Of a stretch of DNA of 64,000 nucleotides, positions 8,962-16,292 are shown one piece after another. The stretch spans positions 1 through 64,000 of the IMG/VR virus record IMGVR_UViG_3300032305_002044, one strand, 5' to 3'. The position numbers and the translations under genes are program-made. Every line of letters begins with the position of its first letter. Positions within the stretch are counted from its first letter, which is position 1. Source of the stretch: a virus. Lineage: Duplodnaviria; Caudoviricetes. Below the pieces are notes generated by a model that had not been told where the DNA came from, searched no databases, and saw nothing but the letters and a program-made list of their open reading frames with translations.

Positions 8962-9170
8962 TAGATACCTCTCTTTGGTCTGTATTTATTAGCAATAGTG
9001 TAGTTAATATCGAGATACTTAATCAAAGTTGGTAGATAACTAGCGGTAAAGCTAACTTTCGGCTCATCTTCGGATAAGTTCCAAACAGCATAACGGGAGT
9101 CCCCGTCATATTCTGGATAATGTTCCCCGTACTCTGTAATAACTAATCCGCTTCGGTGTTTAATAGCCAT
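8961..9170 (-). CDS. Hypothetical protein
   Basis: TAATG coupling at both ends. Confidence 0.65.
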   Translation of the reverse strand: MAIKHRSGLVITEYGEHYPEYDGDSRYAVWNLSEDEPKVSFTASYLPTLIKYLDINYTIANKYRPKRGI

Positions 9171-9907
9171 TACGCACCTGCAAAAGTTTGTGTTGGGATA
9201 AGCATTATTACTGGTGAGAGCGGAGGATAAACCGTTCGGTGGTTCTCTCGGTCACAAGCAGACCACAACCTAAGTTGGGTAAGCTTGAGGACATCTTGGA
9301 ACAGACCAGTAGTTGTATCGTCACTCTCACCAGTAGTAATGGGATTAACCACGCGAGGTAAAGGTCGCAAGTTGAGACTCCTCCAATGCTCGCTTCGTCT
9401 AACGCGGTCTCCAATTTGAGGGAGACACCTCATAGATGAGCAAAGCGGAACGTATTTACCACGACCTTTACTCACCAGACACAGGCAAAATGCCCCTGAA
9501 CGTGCGTGGTTAAAGGGATTAGTATCAACAGAGAATAACTTACTACTACCAACCCTGACAACGCTAGGCGTGTACTTCGTGGTTCGAGTAGATACCGTTG
9601 TTGATACTAAGCTTGTTAGTAGGCGCAGAGGCACAGGCATTGTTGCAATATGCGAACGCAGGTCGTACGTTGCGCCTACTAAGCTTGTTAGTACGCCCAG
9701 AGGCTCAACCCCTACTAGTGAGCCACAGTCACTCTTACGCATAGCGCGTTCAGACAGGCACTCCGTTCGCAAGTGAGCGTTGGGCGTACTAAGTTTAGTA
9801 AGTGGCATAGGCGCAGGTACTTCTAGGACTGAAAGGAAGTAAGTATCCATTATGGAAGTCCTTGCCGAGATTTCACCAGTCGGTTTAACGCCTATGCCAC
9901 AAGTCAT
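9170..9907 (-). CDS. 245-aa ORF of atypical composition overlapping the structured array
   Basis: Open for 246 codons with TAATG overlaps at both ends; no recognisable fold. Confidence 0.5.
   Translation of the reverse strand: MTCGIGVKPTGEISARTSIMDTYFLSVLEVPAPMPLTKLSTPNAHLRTECLSERAMRKSDCGSLVGVEPLGVLTSLVGATYDLRSHIATMPVPLRLLTSLVSTTVSTRTTKYTPSVVRVGSSKLFSVDTNPFNHARSGAFCLCLVSKGRGKYVPLCSSMRCLPQIGDRVRRSEHWRSLNLRPLPRVVNPITTGESDDTTTGLFQDVLKLTQLRLWSACDRENHRTVYPPLSPVIMLIPTQTFAGA
9203..9900. ncRNA. Candidate structured RNA or ssDNA array: six tandem long-stem domains
   Basis: Closing stems 9203-9220/9324-9341, 9345-9354/9504-9513, 9519-9530/9599-9610, 9616-9627/9671-9682, 9688-9699/9781-9792, 9802-9813/9889-9900; GAG...CGT caps five of them. 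Confidence 0.75.
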
Positions 9908-11778
9908 TAGAGACTCCGTAAGATGTTACGAGCCACACTAACAAGCTCGTTAGGCTTGGAAACTAATTCAATAGAATGTGCGTGGTGGCGGTAACGCTTC
10001 ATTGTGGCTTCCCTGTCCAGCGCAGACTGTTCCATAATCCACTCACTACTACTAATGAATACAATCTGACTAATAGTGCCGTCAATATTGTTAATACGCT
10101 TAATAGTAGAGTCACACTCGTCAGAGCGTGACCACTCCCCGTCTGTGATTACGAATAACAACTTAGTCTTGCGCCTTGAGGACTCAAGTATTGCCTCGGC
10201 GTCAAGCAAAGCGTCAAGTGGGTCAGTACCTCCACCGTCATACCAAAATCGGTATTGACTAGTGGCACGTTCGTTACTTCCATAAACAAGCTTGGTCTTG
10301 TCACTAAAGCCAATGACCGTAACCTTGCCGTCAATTTCCTCCAGCGCACGTTTGATCGCCCACATAGATTGAGAGACCTCCTTGATTACGTTGCCCATAG
10401 AGCCTGATGTGTCGCACATAATAACGGCTTCGATATTAAACTCGTCACGCCCCTCACGCCACTCATCAAAGACCGTGTTGATATCGTTGATATCCATATT
10501 CATAACACGGTTGATATTGAGCCTACCAACAGGCTTCTCAATGTCCCAATGTGGGTCGCTGTCAATACGAAGCTTGCTAAGTTCCTGACCAAAGGCTTTA
10601 CTCGCCACGCGGTAAGCGTTATCTACTGGGAGTAGATCGGAGGTTGCCTTGAGGTCTGTACGACCTGCACGGTCAGACTCACGGATAGCAGAACGTAGTT
10701 GTCGAGCCTCGGTCTTGGCTTGCTTAGACTTCATAACAGACTTGATAGCCTCGCGCACTACGTCAGCAAACTCCTTATCCATTTCGGTACGTTCCATAAG
10801 TGGGTCATATTCTTGGGACTCACCCTCGACACCTGCACCTGCACCTGCACTCGGCTCGGCGTTGGGTGGGATATTCTCGGCTTTCTTGTCCATATTCTTA
10901 GCACGATTAGCAATATTGCTTTGCTTATCATTACTTTCAGGTCTGCCAGACTTGAGCATTGAGCGTGAGCCACATTGTCCCTCGGTCTTATTCTTTGGGT
11001 CAGCAAGCTTGAGCAGGTTGTGAAACTCAACAATGAGATCATAACCACGTTCGTAATCACTTGGGTAAGTAAGTAGTCGGTATTCATCTATGATACGAGC
11101 GACATTGTTAGCGTGAGTTGAGCCGTGCCGTGCCACATAAAGGTCAGCAGATAGTTGGCGCACCTCGATAGGCAGGTAACGCCGACCTCGGATTAAAGGA
11201 AACAAGTCACTTGGGTCTGGGTTACTCATAATGTAAGTCAAAACAGACTGGGTAAGTGACAGGGTAGTGCTTGGGAAACGCGCGGTCATAAGAGTTTCGA
11301 TACGCAAGTCCTCAAGGATATTGAAAGAGGTTTGGTATCCACCTGATGTAACCTTGCGCCCAAACTCGGAGTTACCTCGAGGTGACCACAGGATATGAGC
11401 AACTTCGTGGTAGTTAATACCGTTAAGGCTAATGAGACTGTTATCGTCAATCTCGGCTAAGACGTTTGTGTTGAGATAGATAGTCTTGCCGTCATTGAAC
11501 GCAGGTGCTTCACCCATTGACTCCATATTGCTAAAGTCACCAGCAGTAACGGTAATACTAGACTTGGTAAGCACACTATCCGCAGTCTGGTACACACCAG
11601 CAATAGCCTGAAACCTAGCAAGCTTCTTAGCCTGTTTAGCCACAAGGTAGTCCTTGAGTTCGTCACGTTCGATCTGGGATAGACCCTCGCTAGAGTTGGT
11701 GCTGTTGTAGTCATACCAGTCTTGGTACAGGTTGCCCGTATTGGCAGACTTAGCAGGTTTCTTAGTTGGCATTACCAT
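9907..11778 (-). CDS. vWA (MIDAS) domain protein with an N-terminal HExxH domain, CobT-like partner of MoxR AAA+
   Basis: YHEVAH, NILEDLRIE, DTSGSM, GGT, ITDG. Confidence 0.85.
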   Translation of the reverse strand: MVMPTKKPAKSANTGNLYQDWYDYNSTNSSEGLSQIERDELKDYLVAKQAKKLARFQAIAGVYQTADSVLTKSSITVTAGDFSNMESMGEAPAFNDGKTIYLNTNVLAEIDDNSLISLNGINYHEVAHILWSPRGNSEFGRKVTSGGYQTSFNILEDLRIETLMTARFPSTTLSLTQSVLTYIMSNPDPSDLFPLIRGRRYLPIEVRQLSADLYVARHGSTHANNVARIIDEYRLLTYPSDYERGYDLIVEFHNLLKLADPKNKTEGQCGSRSMLKSGRPESNDKQSNIANRAKNMDKKAENIPPNAEPSAGAGAGVEGESQEYDPLMERTEMDKEFADVVREAIKSVMKSKQAKTEARQLRSAIRESDRAGRTDLKATSDLLPVDNAYRVASKAFGQELSKLRIDSDPHWDIEKPVGRLNINRVMNMDINDINTVFDEWREGRDEFNIEAVIMCDTSGSMGNVIKEVSQSMWAIKRALEEIDGKVTVIGFSDKTKLVYGSNERATSQYRFWYDGGGTDPLDALLDAEAILESSRRKTKLLFVITDGEWSRSDECDSTIKRINNIDGTISQIVFISSSEWIMEQSALDREATMKRYRHHAHSIELVSKPNELVSVARNILRSL

Positions 11779-13198
11779 TGTTAAGCACCTCCATAACAGG
11801 CTCGGCAGGAGTGGAGTGAGCCAAACCTAGTTCCTCCTCAATGTTGTAGCGGTAAGTGTCAATAACTAACTTGACACTTGCTTGCTCGCGCATTGGGAAT
11901 AGGTTGAGGTAGGCATAGATACCGTAGTCAATACCAAGACTGTTAATGTTACCCATTAGAGCAACAAGTGAACGAGTCGAGATCGGAGTCTGGATTTCCT
12001 CCTCCTCGAAACGGTCGCGTAATGAATTAGCCATTTCCAAGATTGCCTTACTTTTGATTAGTTTACCCTCAATGTCTGGGTCGTAAGGGAAGTCGAGGTG
12101 GTGTGTGAACCTATCGTTGAAAGCTTGGGATAGTTCCCGAGTACCACGATAGCCAAGATTACCGTCAGCAACAATGAGCAGATCAGGGTGAGCCTTGACA
12201 ACCTCCCCGTCTTTATCCGTTAGTTGGATTTCACGGCGGTAATCTAGTAGAGAATACAATTCCGAGGCGGTACGTTCAGGCATAAAGGTAATCTCACCAA
12301 TAAGCAAGACTCCACCGTTGCGTACCAAGTCTGTTATTGCCCCGTCTTGCCAATGGAAGTGACCGTCTGGGCTTGGGTTGTATCCACCAAATAGTTTCTT
12401 GGTATCCGTGCCAGCAGAGCAAGAGAAGTTGTAGTAACGGTATCCGCGAGCCGAGGCGTAAGCCATAACCGAGGAAGTCTTACCAGAACCAGCGTGACCA
12501 GTAATAAGCACGTTCTCGTCATTACGCATAGCAACGTCAAAGATATCAAAATCAGTAACATCACCTACGACCTTGCGGTTGATGTATTGCTTTGCCCACT
12601 TGATATCAGGCACACTTGCCAATTCCATTACCAAGCTTGGTGTGGTGGTCTGGCGAGAGATAGCAGGTTGGTTAGGTACTGCCACGTTAGAAATTGTCGG
12701 GGTGACTGGATTGCTAACAGGACTATTACCAAAGGCACGGTTAGGCACTAGGGCAGGAAACTCGATTGAGGTGTCCTTGTAACGGGAGTCGGTCAAGTAG
12801 ATAGCAAGACTGCTATCAGCGTTCTCGAAACGTGATACCAAGTCTGATACTAGATCGAAGTGGTTGAGAGTGTAATCGCCACCAAGCTTGGTAAGTTGAT
12901 CGGAGGCGGTGGTGGTCTTGTATCCCAAAGTAGTTACCTTGCCACCTTGAATAGCAAAGTGGTCATTGTCGGTGAGACGGATAGCAACAGGGTTCTTAAT
13001 GACACGGGTATTAGGTAGATCAGATAGAGGCGTTAGTGTCCAAGCCTCGGAACGACCACGCTTACCCGTACTGGTACGGTGGAATAATTGAATTGCGCCA
13101 ATGGTGTAGTTTGGCACGATAATAGTTTGGTCAAGACCTGCTTCGCCATTGTCACCAATGGTCTCGGACAGGGACTCAACGTAGAGTGCGATTGTCAT
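11762..13198 (-). CDS. MoxR/CbbQ/CobS-family AAA+ ATPase
   Basis: Walker A GHAGSGKT, WQDG, N.GY.GT..L..AF.DRF, ISTR; adjacent to vWA gene. Confidence 0.9.
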   Translation of the reverse strand: MTIALYVESLSETIGDNGEAGLDQTIIVPNYTIGAIQLFHRTSTGKRGRSEAWTLTPLSDLPNTRVIKNPVAIRLTDNDHFAIQGGKVTTLGYKTTTASDQLTKLGGDYTLNHFDLVSDLVSRFENADSSLAIYLTDSRYKDTSIEFPALVPNRAFGNSPVSNPVTPTISNVAVPNQPAISRQTTTPSLVMELASVPDIKWAKQYINRKVVGDVTDFDIFDVAMRNDENVLITGHAGSGKTSSVMAYASARGYRYYNFSCSAGTDTKKLFGGYNPSPDGHFHWQDGAITDLVRNGGVLLIGEITFMPERTASELYSLLDYRREIQLTDKDGEVVKAHPDLLIVADGNLGYRGTRELSQAFNDRFTHHLDFPYDPDIEGKLIKSKAILEMANSLRDRFEEEEIQTPISTRSLVALMGNINSLGIDYGIYAYLNLFPMREQASVKLVIDTYRYNIEEELGLAHSTPAEPVMEVLNNGNAN

Positions 13199-13292
13199 AG
13201 TGGATTGCTTCCTTTCGTAAAGCTTGATTTATCCAATACAAGGACAGTACCAGTTATGGGTGAAATTACATAATTATTATCAAAAGATTTAG

Positions 13293-13308
13293 TGTGATAC
13301 TCGTCACA
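13293..13308. promoter_or_regulatory. CRP/GlxR-type box 1
   Basis: TGTGA-TACTCG-TCACA. Confidence 0.75.
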
Positions 13309-13745
13309 TTTATTTAGACTAATCCCATACCACACATAGGGGTCAAAAGTCAATAGTTTTCTCAAACTATTTTTGAGAGCTTTCCACTTGGCGTTAACAA
13401 GCTTTCGGGGCGTATCCCAACACCTAATCTAAGAAATATCGGGGGGTTTCCTGAATTGGCTATCAAATACTAATAGAGATAGAGAGAGAGGATTGGATAC
13501 ACTTCAGGTCACTTGAACCACCTATGAACAACTTTAGTAATAGGACTGGTATCTCTCTCTCTCACTCTCTTATCACATAACAGACTTGCGATACTAGCTA
13601 ATAATCTGGTCACGCAAGCGGTCAGGCTTGTCCCATATCACAGCAGTAGCCGACTGTCAAATCGGCGAGCATAACCAGCTGGGTAAGCTCTCTCTGGCCT
13701 ATACAGCTCTTCTCTCTCTGTCAAGCCGACACGCCGTTTAAGCGG

Positions 13746-13761
13746 TGTGACTTTGGTCACA
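13746..13761. promoter_or_regulatory. CRP/GlxR-type box 2
   Basis: TGTGA-CTTTGG-TCACA. Confidence 0.75.
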
Positions 13762-13858
13762 TTGTTTGTGTCGGCTTTAAAGCCGAATTCAGCTTTAAAG
13801 CTGAATTCATTCAGGGACAGCCTTTAAAGGCTTAGGGTGGGTGGGCCAACACAAACAA
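13762..13858. repeat. Multi-hairpin cassette copy 1
   Basis: TTGTTTGTGTCGGC...GCCAACACAAACAA arms; three internal palindromes centred on TTTAAA. Confidence 0.9.
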
Positions 13859-13866
13859 ATGGGCGC

Positions 13867-13908
13867 AAAAAAGCCCCCGAGACTACCAAGTTTGGCAATT
13901 TCGGGGGC
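13867..13908 (-). terminator. Intrinsic terminator
   Basis: GCCCCCGA/TCGGGGGC stem plus T6 on the minus strand. Confidence 0.75.
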
Positions 13909-13914
13909 GACTTC

Positions 13915-14091
13915 TTACTTAACTATCTTGTCTTTGATCCTGATCTCAACGACTTCCTCTGTGTGGTAGAACTCCTTGACTAGAGCATACGCGGTATCCC
14001 ACAGTTCTAACTCAATTCCGCCGTGCTTGTGCAGTTCTACTAACTCATCGGCTAGTTTTGGTGCTATTTCGAACAGTTTGCTGATTTCCAC
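13915..14091 (-). CDS. Small hypothetical protein (58 aa; not in ORF track)
   Basis: GTG start with SD AAGGAGG; MEISKLFEIAPKLADELV... Confidence 0.65.
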   Translation of the reverse strand: MEISKLFEIAPKLADELVELHKHGGIELELWDTAYALVKEFYHTEEVVEIRIKDKIVK

Positions 14092-14241
14092 AGCGTTTCC
14101 TCCTTAATAGGTTGGTTAGGGGTAGAGAGAGCCTACCGCCTATTGGTTTTGTAAGCCCCCGCACTACTTGTCGCACCTGCTCGTTGACAGGACTGTAACT
14201 TTCGCTTTTGGGAGTTACTCTGTTACCCCTAACCAAGATTG

Positions 14242-14457
14242 TTATTCGTCGTAATCGCCGTCTATTACGTCGTGTACTAGTTCTGTTAGTAGGTTCTCTA
14301 CGAAATTGTCCATACGACCAAGTATTTCGCCCGCAACCCTTTCCCAGACTTCGTCAGTTACGACGTATTCGTGTTCCCGTTGATCCTCAATTAACTCTTG
14401 GAAACTTTGCTTGGTAAGCCGATACTGATTTTGGCATACTACTGCGTTCATTAACAT
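14242..14457 (-). CDS. Small acidic hypothetical protein
   Basis: Coupled ORF; SD GGAG. Confidence 0.65.
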   Translation of the reverse strand: MLMNAVVCQNQYRLTKQSFQELIEDQREHEYVVTDEVWERVAGEILGRMDNFVENLLTELVHDVIDGDYDE

Positions 14458-14612
14458 ACGGTGATCTCCCAACTTCTAGAGCAGTCAGAGTCCTCGGTAA
14501 AGTCCTCTGCTACCCACTCGTCTACGATAGCCATAGCCTCCTCCTCGGAATTGGCTTCTACCTCGTCTGTGTGACTGATAGTAAGTTTGGCACGTACTAT
14601 GTACTTTTCCAT
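14451..14612 (-). CDS. Small acidic protein with VEANSEEEA motif (53 aa; not in ORF track)
   Basis: MEKYIVRAKLTISHTDEVEANSEEEAM...; a motif common in small phage early proteins. Confidence 0.65.
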   Translation of the reverse strand: MEKYIVRAKLTISHTDEVEANSEEEAMAIVDEWVAEDFTEDSDCSRSWEITVC

Positions 14613-14614
14613 AC

Positions 14615-14791
14615 CTACACTCCCTGATTAACGGTAATGCCCCACTCGGACTGTGGTGTTAGGCAATCGAGCAACTGCTCAATTCCCTCTAATAACCCAC
14701 ACGCGGAACAGATACGAGTCTTGTTATCTGTGCGTGACAAGGCTGGTGCGTCAGGCATTATGCCTGTAATACAACGTGGGCAAGTACTCAC
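14615..14791 (-). CDS. Small Zn-finger protein (58 aa; not in ORF track)
   Basis: CPRC...ALSRTDNK..ICSACG; SD GAGAGG. Confidence 0.7.
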   Translation of the reverse strand: MSTCPRCITGIMPDAPALSRTDNKTRICSACGLLEGIEQLLDCLTPQSEWGITVNQGV

Positions 14792-14835
14792 GGTTGATAC
14801 CTCTCTCTAGTGGGAGTCTTTCTCTCACTAACTAA

Positions 14836-14889
14836 ATAGTAAGGGCATTTCTCGCTCACAGATTTAGAGATTATGTGATCTAGGTCACA
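14836..14889 (-). promoter_or_regulatory. Early promoter: CRP-type box 3, 32-bp conserved spacer, -10 TACTAT
   Basis: TGTGA-TCTAGG-TCACA at 14874-14889; spacer shared with four other copies. Confidence 0.75.
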
Positions 14890-14890
14890 G

Positions 14891-14966
14891 TTGTTTGTGT
14901 TGGGCTTTAAAGCCCAATTTTGCAGCTTTAAAGCTGCTGTTTCGGCCTCGACGCCGACACAAACAA
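14891..14966. repeat. Multi-hairpin cassette copy 2
   Basis: Same arms; TTGGGC-TTTAAA-GCCCAA, GCAGC-TTTAAA-GCTGC, CGGC-CTCGAC-GCCG. Confidence 0.9.
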
Positions 14967-15038
14967 AAAAAAACAGAGTGGCTACCAGGAAACAGGACTG
15001 GTAGCCACTCACAGCGCGGAGATTAGGGAAACGCGCTG
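14965..15038 (-). terminator. Tandem hairpins ending in an intrinsic terminator
   Basis: 13-bp stem GAGTGGCTACCAG/CTGGTAGCCACTC plus T-run; upstream CAGCGCG stem. Confidence 0.8.
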
Positions 15039-15040
15039 GC

Positions 15041-15556
15041 TTAGCAGATAGAGAACCCACCTGAGTATTGCAGAAACTCTGCAAACTCCTTTACGTTCTC
15101 TACCGAGAATGGGTATTGAGTGCCGAAGTGAGGCTTGTTACCTGCCCCGTCACACCCATTACACCAACCGTGTGTACGACCATACAAGGCTTGGTGTTCT
15201 AGTGATAGTTCTTTGTCTGACTGGTCAATACCGTGAGGACTATCTGCCCCACGAATACCTGTTGCGTGGCACAACTCGCAGTCTACCAACGGTAGTTCTG
15301 ACTGCTCCTTGCGGTACTCTGCCTCGTAAGCAGCAGTACGACCTGACTCAATTTCATTGAGTAACAGTTTTGCTAACAACTCTGACTCCTTGGCTTGCAA
15401 GCCGTCACCGTCGTTAGAGTGTCCACTAACAGACTTGGTTAGTTCTGGTGCGACATACTCACAGTAGTTCCAAAGTGGTCGCCAGTACCAAACATTATTG
15501 CGAAAGTATTCCCCTGTCTCGTTCACAGGTGCAATACCGATTACATCCATACCCAT
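15041..15556 (-). CDS. Hypothetical protein with a DnaJ-like Zn-finger insert
   Basis: MGMDV..., YFRNNVWYWRPLW, CELCHATG...CNGCDGAG, F.EFL..SGGF.IC. Confidence 0.75.
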   Translation of the reverse strand: MGMDVIGIAPVNETGEYFRNNVWYWRPLWNYCEYVAPELTKSVSGHSNDGDGLQAKESELLAKLLLNEIESGRTAAYEAEYRKEQSELPLVDCELCHATGIRGADSPHGIDQSDKELSLEHQALYGRTHGWCNGCDGAGNKPHFGTQYPFSVENVKEFAEFLQYSGGFSIC

Positions 15557-15585
15557 TTTATTTTCCTCATCTCTAGTTAGGTATT

Positions 15586-15850
15586 TGGGCAGTTTTTGTC
15601 TTACCCAGGACACGCTTACTTACATAGAGTCTAACACTAAGCCTGACTCGTATCCGCAGACGGGGCATTCATACGCTAGTCCCACATCGTGCAGGTAATA
15701 AATCTCGTCTTTCTGATCTCCAGACGAAACCGTATCTGTTTTGGCATCAACGGTTAGTTTAGACTCGCAAGACTCACAAGTTGTTTTGTACATAATCACC
15801 TCTGTTCCTAACCTCTATTTTGGTAGGCAGTTTTTGTCATACCTAGGACA
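15586..15850 (-). repeat. Two copies (15586-15612, 15824-15850) of a ~27-nt intercistronic pseudoknot-like motif
   Basis: Minus strand TGTCCTRGGTAWGACAAAAACTGCCYA with a compensatory change. Confidence 0.7.
15620..15793 (-). CDS. Small Zn-ribbon protein (57 aa; not in ORF track)
   Basis: CESC...CPVCG; SD GAGGTG. Confidence 0.7.
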   Translation of the reverse strand: MYKTTCESCESKLTVDAKTDTVSSGDQKDEIYYLHDVGLAYECPVCGYESGLVLDSM

Positions 15851-15857
15851 CACTTAC

Positions 15858-16064
15858 TTAGACCTTGACTCCGCGAGGCGGGCGCACACTGCCTTGACTG
15901 ACAGTGTAGGTTGCTTCCCAATGATAATTCAAGATGTCGAGCTCATCTGTATTATGTGACTTAGCCGTCAGGCTAACCAGATTTGCTACCTCGTCTAGAG
16001 TTAGGAAGTCATCTCCCCCGTAAGTAATCTCTAGTATCATTGGTATTCTTGCTTTGTGACTCAT
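15858..16064 (-). CDS. Hypothetical protein
   Basis: SD GAGGTG; first gene after its promoter. Confidence 0.7.
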   Translation of the reverse strand: MSHKARIPMILEITYGGDDFLTLDEVANLVSLTAKSHNTDELDILNYHWEATYTVSQGSVRPPRGVKV

Positions 16065-16096
16065 TTAATCACCTCGTCTCCTAATCTCACTCTCTT

Positions 16097-16150
16097 AGTA
16101 TGCCCTAGTATTTCGCTCACGCATTTAGACTTTATGTGAGATAGATCACA
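16097..16150 (-). promoter_or_regulatory. Early promoter: CRP-type box 4, 32-bp spacer, -10 CATACT
   Basis: TGTGA-GATAGA-TCACA at 16135-16150. Confidence 0.75.
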
Positions 16151-16157
16151 TAGCGGA

Positions 16158-16227
16158 TTGTTTGTGTCGGCCTTTAAAGGCCGTTTGGGCACAGCTGGCC
16201 TTGAAGCCAGCCAGCCAACACAAACAA
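16158..16227. repeat. Multi-hairpin cassette copy 3
   Basis: Same arms; CGGCC-TTTAAA-GGCCG, GCTGGC-CTTGAA-GCCAGC. Confidence 0.9.
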
Positions 16228-16231
16228 AAAG

Positions 16232-16263
16232 TTATCCACAACTTATCCACAGGCTGTGGATAG
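16232..16263. promoter_or_regulatory. DnaA-box cluster 1 (three boxes)
   Basis: TTATCCACA at 16232 and 16243; inverted TGTGGATAG at 16255. Confidence 0.8.
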
Positions 16264-16289
16264 TGGGGCAGGTTGCCCTGCCCCACTAT
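16260..16289 (-). terminator. Hairpin after the DUF932 gene
   Basis: ATAGTGGGGCAGG/CCTGCCCCACTAT 13-bp stem. Confidence 0.65.
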
Positions 16290-16292
16290 TGA

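Noticed and set aside
9203-9900. Six-domain array as a group II or group I intron, or a hammerhead array
   Set aside because: No domain V catalytic triad, GUGYG 5' end, P7 core or CUGANGA/GAAA core was found, and the flanking genes are not interrupted
14788-15084. 98-aa ORF across cassette 2 (also 17430-17630 across cassette 4)
   Set aside because: It spans a terminator, cassette and promoter, has no RBS, and is not preserved in the other copies
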